Shown here piece by piece: positions 27,517 through 44,571 of a stretch of 64,000 nucleotides of DNA. This DNA is from an uncultured Gammaproteobacteria bacterium (GTDB lineage: Bacteria > Pseudomonadota > Gammaproteobacteria > Steroidobacterales > Steroidobacteraceae). The stretch covers positions 180,145 through 244,144 of the forward strand of contig CAVPOP010000001.1 of the NCBI GenBank assembly GCA_963707115.1. Direction: 5' to 3'. Numbering within the stretch: the first letter of the stretch is position 1; the number at the start of each line of letters is the position of its first letter. The position numbers and the translations under genes were made by a program. The notes beneath the pieces were generated by a model. That model was given only the letters and a program-made list of their open reading frames with translations. It was not told the origin of the DNA and made no database searches.

Positions 27517-28956
27517 ATGCCCTGGGAGAATACCGGCGCGGCGGCGTCGGGGCTGCGCGAATCGCTGCGCGCCATGATCGGGCCGGAGGTGCTGCTCGAG
27601 ACGGCCGCCGATGCCGCCCCGCTCCTCACTGACCACCGCGGGCTGTTCCACGGGCGCGCCCTGGCGGTGGCGATGCCGCGCAACGTGTTCGAGGTCTCGA
27701 GACTGCTGGCCTGGAGCCACGCGCAACGCGTCGGTGTAGTGCCCCAGGGCGGCAATACCAGCTATTGCGGAGGGGCCACGCCCGACCAATCGGGGCTGCA
27801 GCTGGTCATCGGGCTGAGGAAGCTCAATCGAATCCGGCAGGTCGACGCCGCCAACTTCACCATGACGGCCGAAGCCGGCTGTACGCTCGGTGAGGTGCAG
27901 CGCGCGGCCGCCGCCGCGCAGCGCTTCTTCCCGCTGGAGCTGGGCTCCGCCGACAGCTGCCAGATCGGCGGCAATCTCGCCACCAACGCCGGCGGCCTGA
28001 ATGTCCTCCGCTACGGGATGGCACGCGCGCTGACGCTCGGCATTGAAGCCGTCATGGCCGACGGGCAGGTGCTGCAGCACCTGCGCGCACTGCACAAGGA
28101 CAACACCGGCTACGATCTGACCGGGCTGCTGGTCGGCTCCGAGGGCACTTTGGGCGTCATCACCGCCGCAACCCTGAAGCTCTGGCCGCAGCCGCGCAGC
28201 ACCGCCACGGCTTTCGCGGCCGTACCCAGCGTCGATGCCGCCGTGGAGCTGCTCGCGCTGCTGCGCGCGCTCGCCGGGGAGCGCGTCAATTCCTACGAAT
28301 TGCTGCCGCGCAGCGCGCTCGATCTGGCGCTGCGCCACGTGGAGGGGCTGACCGACCCGCTCGGCGCCGGCCATTCGTGGTACGTGCTGTTCGAATTGAG
28401 TTCGGCGGCGGACGAAGCGCTGGACGGCCTGCTCGAACAGGCGCTCAGCGATGCCACCGCGGCGGGCCTGGTGATCGAGGCGCTGATCAGCGCCAACGAA
28501 CGCCAGCGCGCAAGTCTGTGGAGACTGCGGGAAACTATCCCCGAGGCACAACGGCGCGCGGGCCCGAGTCTCAAGCACGACATCGCCGTGCCGGTCGGGC
28601 GCCTCGCGGACTTCGTTGCGCAGGCGGCCGATTGGGTACGCGTGCATGTGCCGGAAGGCAGGCTGGTGGCCTACGGCCATGCGGGCGATGGCAACCTGCA
28701 TTTCAATATCAGCTTTGCCGGGAGTACCGCGCCGGCAAGACTCGCCGCGCTTGAACCGGAGGTTCGCCGGGCGGTGCACGACCTGGTGGCCGCCCTGGGC
28801 GGAAGCTTCAGCGCCGAGCACGGCATCGGCCAGCTCAAGGTGGGCGAGCTGCAGCGCTACAGCAGCCCGGTGGAACTGGCGATGATGCGCAGCATCAAGC
28901 AGGCTCTCGATCCGCACGGGATCATGAATCCAGGCAAGGTGCTGGCGCTGAGCTAG
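27517..28956 (+). CDS. FAD-linked oxidase (GlcD / D-2-hydroxyacid dehydrogenase family)
   Basis: PQGGNTSYCGGA, GGNLATNAGG, HAGDGNLHFN and SAEHGIGQLK motifs. Confidence 0.85.
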   Translation: MPWENTGAAASGLRESLRAMIGPEVLLETAADAAPLLTDHRGLFHGRALAVAMPRNVFEVSRLLAWSHAQRVGVVPQGGNTSYCGGATPDQSGLQLVIGLRKLNRIRQVDAANFTMTAEAGCTLGEVQRAAAAAQRFFPLELGSADSCQIGGNLATNAGGLNVLRYGMARALTLGIEAVMADGQVLQHLRALHKDNTGYDLTGLLVGSEGTLGVITAATLKLWPQPRSTATAFAAVPSVDAAVELLALLRALAGERVNSYELLPRSALDLALRHVEGLTDPLGAGHSWYVLFELSSAADEALDGLLEQALSDATAAGLVIEALISANERQRASLWRLRETIPEAQRRAGPSLKHDIAVPVGRLADFVAQAADWVRVHVPEGRLVAYGHAGDGNLHFNISFAGSTAPARLAALEPEVRRAVHDLVAALGGSFSAEHGIGQLKVGELQRYSSPVELAMMRSIKQALDPHGIMNPGKVLALS

Positions 28957-29819
28957 TCCGGATCGCCGGGCAATACCCGGACCAGGCCCTCCTGCGCGGT
29001 ACTGGCCACCAGCACGCCACCGCGCGTGAACAGGCTGCCACGCGTGTAGCCACGGGCGCTTGAGGCACTCGGGCTGTCGGCCGCATACAGAAGCCACTCG
29101 TCCATGCGCGCCGGACGGTGAAACCACATGACGTGATCAATGCTGGCAATGATCAGCCGACCCTTGGCGATGGTATGTTCGTGGCGCGCCAGTGCCGTGC
29201 CGAGCAGATGGAAATCCGAGGCGTAGGCCAGCAAACAGCGGTGCAGCCGGTCACCGTCCGGCAGGCGGTCTACGGTGCGGATCCACAGGAACTGGCGCGG
29301 CGCGCCGGCCGACGGTGTCGTGGCAGACACGGGCACCACGCGAAATTCGATCGGCCGCTCGCAAACCAGCTGCCTCAGGCGCGGCGACAACCCTTCCAGA
29401 AACGCGGACCCCGGCGCCAGCGACTCCGGCAGTTCCTCCGGCGGGGGCACCTGCGGCATGGCCAGCTGGTGTTCAAAGCCCGGCTCCGGGTGCTGAAACG
29501 AAGCCGAGCAGTTGAAAATCTGCTCGCCGTGCTGGATCGCCGTCACGCGGCGACTGCTGAAGCTCTGGCCGTCCCGGCTGCGATCCACGAAGTACACGAT
29601 CGGGGCGTTGAAGTCGCCGCGCCGCAGGAAGTACGCATGCAGAGAGTGCACCACCCGGCCCTCGTCCACCGTGGCGTAGGCCGCCTGCAGTGCCTGCCCG
29701 AGCACCTGGCCCCCGTACACCTGCGGGCTGCCGATGTCGCGGCTGGCGCCGCGGAAGATATTGACCTCTACGCGTTCGAGTTCCAGCAGGTGCAGCAGCC
29801 CGGCGAGACGCTGGTCCAT
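28953..29819 (-). CDS. tesB: Acyl-CoA thioesterase II
   Basis: LLHLLELERVEVNIFRG..., QVYGGQVLGQAL, and a double hot-dog layout with a second ASDF...G half. Confidence 0.85.
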   Translation of the reverse strand: MDQRLAGLLHLLELERVEVNIFRGASRDIGSPQVYGGQVLGQALQAAYATVDEGRVVHSLHAYFLRRGDFNAPIVYFVDRSRDGQSFSSRRVTAIQHGEQIFNCSASFQHPEPGFEHQLAMPQVPPPEELPESLAPGSAFLEGLSPRLRQLVCERPIEFRVVPVSATTPSAGAPRQFLWIRTVDRLPDGDRLHRCLLAYASDFHLLGTALARHEHTIAKGRLIIASIDHVMWFHRPARMDEWLLYAADSPSASSARGYTRGSLFTRGGVLVASTAQEGLVRVLPGDPD

Positions 29820-29823
29820 GGGC

Positions 29824-30858
29824 CTAGCCGAGGGTGACGCCCAGGCGCTTCTGCATCGCCGGGCTGGTGGTGGTGTACTGCAGGAATTGCTTTTTGTTCG
29901 GGTACAGATAGTGCTGGACCGCGAATGCCGCCAGCGCCGCCTCGTGAAAAGCCGACAGAATCAGCTTCTTCTTGCCCGGATAGGTGTTGATGTCGCCGAT
30001 CGCGAAGACGCCGGGAATATTCGACTGGAATTTCTCCGTATCGACCTTGATGGCGCGCTTGTCGAGCTCCAGGCCCCAGTCGGCGATCGGTCCGAGTTTT
30101 GGCGCCAAGCCAAAGAACACCAACAGCTGCTCGGCTTCGAGGCTATGGATGGCACCGCCCGCGCCCCGCACCTCCACGCCCACCAGTTGACCGTCGGCCA
30201 CGCGCAGCGCCTGCGCGAGGCCTTCGATAAAGGTCAGTTGGCCCGCTGTCTCGAGCGCGCGCATTCGCGCCACCGAGGCCGGCGCGCCACGGAATTCAGC
30301 GCGGCGGTGCACCAGCGTCAGCGCGGCGGCGCGCGGCGCCAGCTCTATGGCCCAGTCGAGCGCGGAATCGCCGCCGCCAAAAACCACCAGCCGACGCCCG
30401 TATTGTGCGGCCGCGTTGCTGACTTTGTAATGGATCTGCCGGCCCTCAAACGCGTCGGCCCCAGCCAGAACGAGGCGCCGCGGCTGGAACGAGCCCACGC
30501 CGCCCGCGATCACCACGGCGCCGGCATCGAAGACGGTTCCCGCATTGCTGCGGACGTGAAACCGGCCGGTGTCGAGCCGGCGCAGCTCGACGGTCTCCTC
30601 GCCCAGATGCAGCTCGGCGCCAAAGGGCCTGATCTGCTGCAACAGGCGATCGACCAGTTCCTGCGCACCACAGATGGGCAGCGCGGGAATGTCGTAGATA
30701 GGCTTGTCGGGGTACAGCTCCGTGCACTGGCCGCCGGGCGCCGGGAGCGAGTCGAGCACGTGCGCCTTGATACCCAACAACCCAAGTTCGAAGACCTGAA
30801 ACAGGCCGGCCGGACCGGCGCCGATGATGACCGCTTCGGTCGTGATGGGGACGCGCAA
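29824..30858 (-). CDS. Thioredoxin-reductase-like ferredoxin--NADP+ reductase
   Basis: AVIIGAGPAGLF (FAD) and VVFGGGDSALDWA (NADPH) motifs, with GDINTYPGKKKLILSAFHEAA near the C-terminus. Start uncertain: TTG 30858 gives a typical 344 aa; ATG 30948 adds 30 atypical residues. Confidence 0.75.
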   Translation of the reverse strand: MRVPITTEAVIIGAGPAGLFQVFELGLLGIKAHVLDSLPAPGGQCTELYPDKPIYDIPALPICGAQELVDRLLQQIRPFGAELHLGEETVELRRLDTGRFHVRSNAGTVFDAGAVVIAGGVGSFQPRRLVLAGADAFEGRQIHYKVSNAAAQYGRRLVVFGGGDSALDWAIELAPRAAALTLVHRRAEFRGAPASVARMRALETAGQLTFIEGLAQALRVADGQLVGVEVRGAGGAIHSLEAEQLLVFFGLAPKLGPIADWGLELDKRAIKVDTEKFQSNIPGVFAIGDINTYPGKKKLILSAFHEAALAAFAVQHYLYPNKKQFLQYTTTSPAMQKRLGVTLG

Positions 30859-30991
30859 TTGTGGAGCTCGCCTGCGGAAGAACTGGCTTGGCAATTCTAG
30901 CAGGCAACCTCTGGTCATCAAACGAAAATACAAGGACAATCTGCCCAAGGCCGCTCGAGCAAGCGGGCTTATACACTCCCAGAGGAAATGG

Positions 30992-32406
30992 TATGGACGC
31001 CTCCTACCTAAGAGAGTGGACGGAGGGGAAGTGAAGAGGACCCGCCGGCGCCGACGGCATCAAAGTGCCTGAGGTGGAAGATAAGATCTTCACAGGCAAC
31101 CGGAGGGTCCAGCAATGAAGCTTAACGTGGTCGGTGTGGATATCGCAAAGCGAGTGTTCCAAGTGCATTGGGTGGAAGCACAGACCGGAGAGATGGTGAG
31201 CGTGCAGCTGAGGCGGGAGAAGTTGTTGGAGCATTTTGCCAACCGTGCGCCGTGCCTGATTGGCATGGAAGCCTGTGGCGGCTCCCAGCATTGGGCGCGA
31301 TCTCTGCACAAGCTCGGTCACCAGGTCAAGCTGATGTCGGCGCGCAAGGTCAAACCGTTCGTGGGCAGCAACAAGAATGATGTGGCCGATGCGCGTGCGA
31401 TCTGGACGGCGGTGCAGCAGCCGGGGATCAAGGCGGTGGCGGTCAAGAGCGAAGAGCAACAGGCGGTGCTGGCGCTGCATCGGATGCGTGAGCAGCTGGT
31501 GAAGTTCCGCACCGCACAGATCAACGGGCTGCGGGGGTTAGTGACGGAATACGGGGAAGTGATGCCGCAGGGGCGAGCCGGAATCAAGCGTGATATTCCG
31601 GGCGCTTTAGGTCGATTATCCGATCGGTTAGCGGCCATCGTGATCGACACCTTGCGTGAGCAGTATGCACGCCTGGGTGAGCTGGATGAGCAGATCGGCC
31701 AGATCGAGCGGCGTTTGCGACAATGGCAGCGCGAGGACTCGGCCACACAGCGCATTGCGGCGATCCCTGGGGTCGGGCTGCTGAGCGCCACGGCGGCGGT
31801 CGCGACAATGGGCGATGCGAGGGCCTTTAAGTCGGGCCGCGAGTTCGCCGCCTGGCTCGGGCTGGTGCCGCGGCAAAGTGGCACCGGTGGTCGAGTGCGA
31901 TTATTGGGTATCAGCAAGCGTGGCGATAGGTATCTTCGCACGCTGCTGATCCACGGCGCCCGCTCGGTGCTGACGAACAGCAAAGCACCGCCCAAGTGGT
32001 TGACCGAATTACTGAAGCGCCGGCCCAAGAATGTGGCCGTCGTAGCGATGGCGAACAAGATGGCACGCACGATCTGGGCACTCACAGCCCATGAACGGGT
32101 GTACCAATCCGGGTACGTGAGTCAATCCGCCTAGGGCGGCACACACGATCGATCAACTCTAACAAAGGAAGGTACGCCAAAAGGTTGCGCAAGGACGACA
32201 ACGTGTGATGGTAAACAGGTCAGACCGTGACCCGCCAAGCCTGAATGGTTGCCCGAGCTTCGAGCTCTTTGAGGAACTGAGGTGCGGGTCAGCGAAATCC
32301 ATCAGGGCCCGCAGGCTTCGGCCTGCACAACAGGCCGGATATAAACCTGCAGCCTAATCTGTTGCTCATCACACCGAGAAGTACTTGCCATCGGGAGGCG
32401 TCCATA
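30992..32406 (+). mobile_element. IS110-family insertion sequence (IS1111-like, with inverted repeats)
   Basis: 13-bp perfect inverted repeat TATGGACGCCTCC (30992..31004) / GGAGGCGTCCATA (32394..32406) brackets the transposase gene. The total of 1415 bp fits the IS110 family. Exact termini cannot be set without a second copy. Confidence 0.55.
31115..32134 (+). CDS. IS110-family DEDD transposase/recombinase
   Basis: The MKLNVVGVDIAKRVFQVH..., GMEACGG and NDVADARAI N-terminal RuvC-like DEDD domain, plus the C-terminal IPGVGLLSATAAVATMGD...F.SGREFAAWLGLVPRQSGTGG...GISKRGDRYLR domain. Confidence 0.9.
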   Translation: MKLNVVGVDIAKRVFQVHWVEAQTGEMVSVQLRREKLLEHFANRAPCLIGMEACGGSQHWARSLHKLGHQVKLMSARKVKPFVGSNKNDVADARAIWTAVQQPGIKAVAVKSEEQQAVLALHRMREQLVKFRTAQINGLRGLVTEYGEVMPQGRAGIKRDIPGALGRLSDRLAAIVIDTLREQYARLGELDEQIGQIERRLRQWQREDSATQRIAAIPGVGLLSATAAVATMGDARAFKSGREFAAWLGLVPRQSGTGGRVRLLGISKRGDRYLRTLLIHGARSVLTNSKAPPKWLTELLKRRPKNVAVVAMANKMARTIWALTAHERVYQSGYVSQSA

Positions 32407-32415
32407 TAAACGACC

Positions 32416-33717
32416 ATGAGCACCAATGCCGAGCTCCACCAGCGCCGAGTCGCCGCGATTCCGCGCGGCGTCGCCAATTCCCTGCCCGTGTACGCAGAGC
32501 GCGCCAGCAACGCCGAATTGTGGGACGTCGAGGGCAAGCGCTATGTTGACTTCGCCAGCGGCATTGCCGTGCTCAACACCGGCCACCGCCATCCCACCGT
32601 CCTCAAGGCGATCAGCGCGCAGCTGGAGCGCCTGATACACACCTGCTTCCAGGTGACCCCTTATGCGAGCTACATCGAGCTGTGCGAGCAGCTCAACAGG
32701 ATTGCGCCCGGAACCACCCCGAAGAAGTCGATGTTGTTTTCCACCGGCGCGGAAGCCGTGGAGAATGCGCTCAAGGTCGCGCGCTATCACACCAGACGTT
32801 CCGGCGTCATCGCTTTCAGCGGCAGCTTCCACGGCCGCACGCTCGCGGCCATGACGCTGACCGGCAAGGTGCAGCCGTACAAGGCCGGATTCGGCCCGAT
32901 GCTGCCGTGGGTATTCCACGCGCCTTTTCCAACCAGCTATCACGGGGTCAGCGTGGCCGACTCTCTCGATGCCCTCGAGCAACTGTTCAAGACCGACATC
33001 GATCCGGCGCAGGTGGCGGCCATCATCATCGAGCCGGTGCAGGGCGAAGGCGGCTTCTACATCGCGCCGCCGGAATTCCTGCGCGCGCTGCGCACTTTGT
33101 GCGACCGGCACGGCATGCTGCTGATCATCGACGAAATTCAGTCGGGCTTCGGGCGCACCGGCAAGATGTTCGCGGTCGAGTATGCGGGCGTCGAGCCGGA
33201 CCTGATGACCGTGGCCAAGAGCATCGCCGGCGGAGTGCCGCTCTCAGCCCTGATTGGCAAGGCGGAAATCATGGACGCCCCACCGCCCGGCGGCCTGGGC
33301 GGCACCTACGCCGGCTCACCGCTCGGTTGCGCGGCCGCCCTCGCCGTGCTGGAAGTCATCAAGGGCGAGAAGCTGCTGGAGCGGTCGCTGCGGCTGGGTG
33401 AGAAACTTCAGGCGGGTCTGCGCACCCTGCAGAAGCGCTTTCCTGCGATCGGCGAGATCCGCGGCCTGGGATCGATGGTGGCGATCGAATTGGTCAAGAA
33501 CGGCAAGGCCGATCAGCCCGACGCGGACCTGACGCGGGCCCTGGTGCAGGCCGCTGCACGCCACGGGCTGGTGATCCTTTCCTGCGGAACCTACGGCAAC
33601 GTGATCAGGTTTCTGGCGCCGCTGACGATTCCGGAAGCGATGCTCGAGGAAGGCTTGGGCAAGCTCGAGGCCGCGCTTGCCGAGGTCAGTGCCGCTGCCA
33701 GCCAGGCGGCTGCCTAG
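32416..33717 (+). CDS. gabT: 4-aminobutyrate--2-oxoglutarate transaminase
   Basis: NAELHQRRVAAIPRGV, GIAVLNTGHRHP, IIIEPVQGEGGF, IDEIQSGFGRTG and TVAKSIAGG (PLP-Lys) motifs. Confidence 0.85.
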   Translation: MSTNAELHQRRVAAIPRGVANSLPVYAERASNAELWDVEGKRYVDFASGIAVLNTGHRHPTVLKAISAQLERLIHTCFQVTPYASYIELCEQLNRIAPGTTPKKSMLFSTGAEAVENALKVARYHTRRSGVIAFSGSFHGRTLAAMTLTGKVQPYKAGFGPMLPWVFHAPFPTSYHGVSVADSLDALEQLFKTDIDPAQVAAIIIEPVQGEGGFYIAPPEFLRALRTLCDRHGMLLIIDEIQSGFGRTGKMFAVEYAGVEPDLMTVAKSIAGGVPLSALIGKAEIMDAPPPGGLGGTYAGSPLGCAAALAVLEVIKGEKLLERSLRLGEKLQAGLRTLQKRFPAIGEIRGLGSMVAIELVKNGKADQPDADLTRALVQAAARHGLVILSCGTYGNVIRFLAPLTIPEAMLEEGLGKLEAALAEVSAAASQAAA

Positions 33718-33746
33718 CCGGGAGGGCTGGCGCGGGCCGGCGGAGG

Positions 33747-34055
33747 CTAGGCGCGGCCGACGTTCGCGTCGGTGGGCGCGTGAAAGTACTCGCTCTCCGC
33801 GGCGATCTGGCCGATCAGGCGCTTGAGCTCAGCGAGCCGCGCCTCGGCCGTATTGATCGGCAGGCAGTCTTCGCAGCGCGCGTCGCCGCAGGGCTGGCGC
33901 GCGTACAGCCAGTACTGCACCGCACCGGCCAGCAGACCGTCGGCGATGTCCCAAAGATCTGCTTCCTTGTCCTTGCCGGCCAGGCGGTTGCCAAGATCGA
34001 CCGCCTTGGTAAAGGCGGCGTCAAACGTGTCTGCCTGTTCGTCCATGGAAGACAT
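33747..34055 (-). CDS. DUF3144-like small protein
   Basis: 102 aa. FDAAFTKAVDLGNRLAGKDKEADLWDIADGLLAGAVQYWLYARQPCGD..CEDC matches DUF3144 proteins as I recall them. Confidence 0.55.
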   Translation of the reverse strand: MSSMDEQADTFDAAFTKAVDLGNRLAGKDKEADLWDIADGLLAGAVQYWLYARQPCGDARCEDCLPINTAEARLAELKRLIGQIAAESEYFHAPTDANVGRA

Positions 34056-34100
34056 TGTACCTGAGCGGCCGGCCGCTGGGCCCGTTCCCGTGCAGCCGGG

Positions 34101-39698
<5,598 letters not shown>

Positions 39699-39702
<4 letters not shown>

Positions 39703-40605
39703 GGACGTTGCGCCAGGGCCAGCAGATAGTGACCACTGACCAGATCGCAGGGCCGCAGGCGCGTCAGCCGGAACCCCGATCCTTCCAGCCACTGGCGCAG
39801 GCCCAGCAGCGGATTCAGGCCGGTGCAGGCCTCGATATCGTCGAATCTCTCCACCACCAGCAGCCGGCCGGCGCGGCGCAAGACGCGGGCCGCTTCGTTG
39901 AGTACCGCGGCCGGACGCTCGGCGCCCGCGAGCACCCGATCGATCGTGACGGTATCGAAGGATTCGGCCGCAAAGGTGAGCGCGTACATGTCGCCGCGGT
40001 GGAACTCGCAGTGGGCGAGCGCGCGCCCGTGGAGCCTGGCCCGGGCCAGACGCAGCGCCGGCGCCGACAGGTCCACACCTACCGCGTGGCTGGCCTGGGC
40101 ACCGAGCACCTCGAGCAGTCGCCCGGCGCCGGTGCCGATGTCGAGCAGTTCCCCCAAGGCCACCGGTCCGAGTTCCTCACGCAGCACGCCCGCCAACCCG
40201 ACCTGATCCAGGTCCGCCGGCGCGCTGAGTCCGAGCTCACCGGTGGCCGATTTTTCGCGGTCCCCGACCACGACCGCCATGCGCACCCGGTCACGTTGCA
40301 ATGCGGGATCCTCGGGGTCTACGGCGGCCAGCAGTTCATTGAGCCAGGCGGCGCGGGGTCCGGCGGCCGGCGTGCGGTAATAGACGCGCTGCTGCTCGCG
40401 AGAGCGGTCCAGGAAGCCTGCCTCGGTAAGCAGCCTCAGGTGGCGGGACACCCGCGGCTGGCTCTGCCCCACCACCCGGCAGATTTCTCCCACGGTGAGC
40501 TCACCGTGGCCCAGGAGCGTTACCAGACGCAGCCGGGTGGGCTCGGCGAGGTTTCGGAGGACCCTGCACCACCTGTTCGATCTTCGTCCGGTTCTCCACC
40601 ATCAT
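39699..40605 (-). pseudogene. ArsR-family HTH fused to SAM-dependent methyltransferase, with one +1 frameshift near the 5' end
   Basis: [14 protein letters not shown] (from ATG 40605) and [45 protein letters not shown]... are offset by one extra G/C at ~40563..40565. The methyltransferase motif is [11 protein letters not shown]. The stop overlaps the metH start (ATGA). 907 nt = 302 codons + 1. Confidence 0.75.
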
Positions 40606-40634
40606 ATAAATATAAACATATCTTTATATATATG
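40601..40634. promoter_or_regulatory. AT-rich divergent promoter/operator region between the ArsR-methyltransferase gene and typA
   Basis: ATCATATAAATATAAACATATCTTTATATATATG is a striking AT island in GC-rich DNA. It carries an imperfect inverted repeat (CATATAAATATAAA / TTTATATATATG). Confidence 0.4.
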
Positions 40635-40742
40635 CCAGCCCGATGGGGTAAAATGTCTGCACGGCAGAGACTTAGCCGCGGCCGAACGCTTCTGGTACCC
40701 TGCACGGCCTTTTTGACCCGCCTTGTCGCAAGCTCCGCCCCT

Positions 40743-42570
<1,828 letters not shown>

Positions 42571-42779
42571 AGCGCGGACCGGCCCGCGTGCTGCGCGCGC
42601 GAAGCACGGCTGCACCGTGTCGGTGGCCGGCTACAACTCCCGCAAGCTTGCGCTTTACGCCAAAATCGCGCGAAGCTGCGCTGGCTGGGCCCGGACTTTC
42701 GCGCCGATTATTGGCAAATGGAACCTGCCCATGGAGCCCGAGTCCAAGCCGCAACGCGCCACTGCGACCGGAGAAATTC

Positions 42780-43292
42780 GTGCCCCCTAGCCGCTCTCGT
42801 ACCACATCTGGCCCAGTCACAGTTCGCCGCTCGGGCGCGAGGGCCGCTTCGCTTGCCGCGCTGCTGCTGCCATTGCTAGCCGGAGCATTGGCCGGCCCTG
42901 CCTGGGCCGCCCTCGGGGACACGGTGGCTGCCCTAAGCTCGGACTCTCAGGCGCTGCAGGCCAGTCCACGTGTTGCCGCGCACGCGGCGTTCACGGTCCA
43001 CGAACTGCAGACGCCCACCGGCACGCTGATCCGGGAATTCGCCGCGCCGTCGGGTGTGGTGTTTGCCGTCTCCTGGCGCGGTCCGTTCAAGCCCAGCATG
43101 GGGCTGCTGCTGGGCCGCTACATGGGCGTGTATGCGCGCGCGCCGCGCAGCCCGGGATCGACGCGTTCGCACCTCAGCATCGAGCAACCGGATCTGGTTG
43201 TGCACGCGGGAGGCCACATGCGCGCGTTTGCCGGCATCGCCTATATACCGCAATTGCTCCCCGCCAACGTGGTCGAGGCGGACCTGCAATGA
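42780..43292 (+). CDS. Secreted protein of unknown function (DUF2844-like)
   Basis: GTG at 42780 gives a signal peptide (...AASLAALLLPLLAGALAGPAWA/ALGD). The stop overlaps the start of the next gene. Family name recalled, not verified. Confidence 0.45.
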   Translation: MPPSRSRTTSGPVTVRRSGARAASLAALLLPLLAGALAGPAWAALGDTVAALSSDSQALQASPRVAAHAAFTVHELQTPTGTLIREFAAPSGVVFAVSWRGPFKPSMGLLLGRYMGVYARAPRSPGSTRSHLSIEQPDLVVHAGGHMRAFAGIAYIPQLLPANVVEADLQ

Positions 43293-44569
43293 GCGCACGC
43301 CAAATCCCGACGGCGGCCCTCGGCGCGCTGTCGCTGATTCTGCTCCACGCCTGTGGCGGCGGCGCGGGCAGCTCCAGCGCGCCGGCGCCACCGGCTCTCC
43401 CCACCGGCACCAATGTCGCGCCCCTCGTCGTCGATGCGGGGCCGGCGCAATTGGGCGTCAACATACCCTCGGTCAGCGTCACGATCTGTGAGCCGGGGAC
43501 CGCCAATTGCCAGACCATCGACCACATCCTGGTCGACACGGGTTCGAGCGGCTTACGGATCATCGCTTCGGCGTTCAACTCCGCTGCCGTCAACTTGCCG
43601 GCCGCCACCACTCCGGCCGGCGATCCGCTGTTCGAATGCTTCACCTTCGCGGACGGTTATAGCTGGGGGAGCGTGCGCGCGGCCGACATCCAGCTGGCGG
43701 ACGGCAGCGCCGCCAATTTGCGGATACAGCTGATCGCCGATCCGGCGATCCCCACCGCGCCCACCGACTGTTCCGAGGATCCGACCGCAAATCCGCCCAG
43801 TCCCATGTCCCCGCAGAACACGGTCGCGGAAGTGGGCGCGAACGGCATACTGGGGGTGAGTGTCTTCCTGCAGGACTGCGGCAGCGTGTGCGAAACGATA
43901 GCCAATCCCAATGGCCGCGGCTTCTACTACGCCTGTCCGGCCGGCGTCTGCGCCGGCACCACGGTTCTTGTGGCCGAGCAGGTGCAGAATCCGGTAAGCA
44001 AATTTGCGACCAATAACAACGGCGTCACCGTCGTCTTGCCGGCAATCACTGCGGTGGGCCAGGACACCGTCAGCGGCGCGCTGGTCTTGGGGATCGACAG
44101 CCAGTCCAACAACCAGCTCGGCAGTGCGGCAGTCCTGGGAGTGGATCCGTTCTCGGGCAGTTTCAACGTCGTCTTCAATGGCAACACCTACTCGCTGGGC
44201 GGATCCATTGATTCAGGCTCCAATGGAAACTTCTTCACCGACACGGCGTTAGCGGCCTGTACCAGCTCCCTTTATCCCGGGTGGTATTGCCCCGCCACCG
44301 CGGTAACGCTGTCGGCGACCAACCAAGGCGTCGGCAGCAGCAGTGCGACCTCCACCGTGTCGTTCAGTGTCGCGAGCATTTCCGCGCTCAGCAATGCCAA
44401 TCCCAGCTTTGCCGCGTACGACAACATTGCCGGCACGCTCTTCCAGCCATTTGTGGGCTTCGACTGGGGCTTGCCGTTCTTCTATGGACGCAGCGTTTCC
44501 GTCGCCTTCGAAGGGCAGCCGACCGCGGCCGGCAACGGGCCGTTCGTCGCCTACGCGGATTTCCTGTAG
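43289..44569 (+). CDS. Lipoprotein with pepsin-like (two D-T/S-G-S) architecture (DUF3443-like)
   Basis: Lipobox LLHAC. Motifs in pepsin-like order: HILVDTGSSGLRI (Asp ~83), ANGILGVS (~186), GGSIDSGSNGNFF (Asp ~308) and C-terminal FDWGLPFFYGRSVSVAFE. Confidence 0.5.
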   Translation: MSARQIPTAALGALSLILLHACGGGAGSSSAPAPPALPTGTNVAPLVVDAGPAQLGVNIPSVSVTICEPGTANCQTIDHILVDTGSSGLRIIASAFNSAAVNLPAATTPAGDPLFECFTFADGYSWGSVRAADIQLADGSAANLRIQLIADPAIPTAPTDCSEDPTANPPSPMSPQNTVAEVGANGILGVSVFLQDCGSVCETIANPNGRGFYYACPAGVCAGTTVLVAEQVQNPVSKFATNNNGVTVVLPAITAVGQDTVSGALVLGIDSQSNNQLGSAAVLGVDPFSGSFNVVFNGNTYSLGGSIDSGSNGNFFTDTALAACTSSLYPGWYCPATAVTLSATNQGVGSSSATSTVSFSVASISALSNANPSFAAYDNIAGTLFQPFVGFDWGLPFFYGRSVSVAFEGQPTAAGNGPFVAYADFL

Positions 44570-44571
44570 CT

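Noticed and set aside
27463-30900. Long ORFs 27463..29127 (-, 554 aa) and 29734..30900 (+, 388 aa)
   Set aside because: They are antisense to the FAD-linked oxidase/tesB and to the ferredoxin-NADP reductase genes respectively. They have Arg/Gly/Ala/Gln-rich composition and no motifs, so they are shadow ORFs.
39708-40742. Front part of the 588-aa plus-strand ORF 39708..41474
   Set aside because: It is a chimera. The first ~345 codons are antisense to the ArsR-methyltransferase gene and happen to be in frame with the real typA start at 40743.
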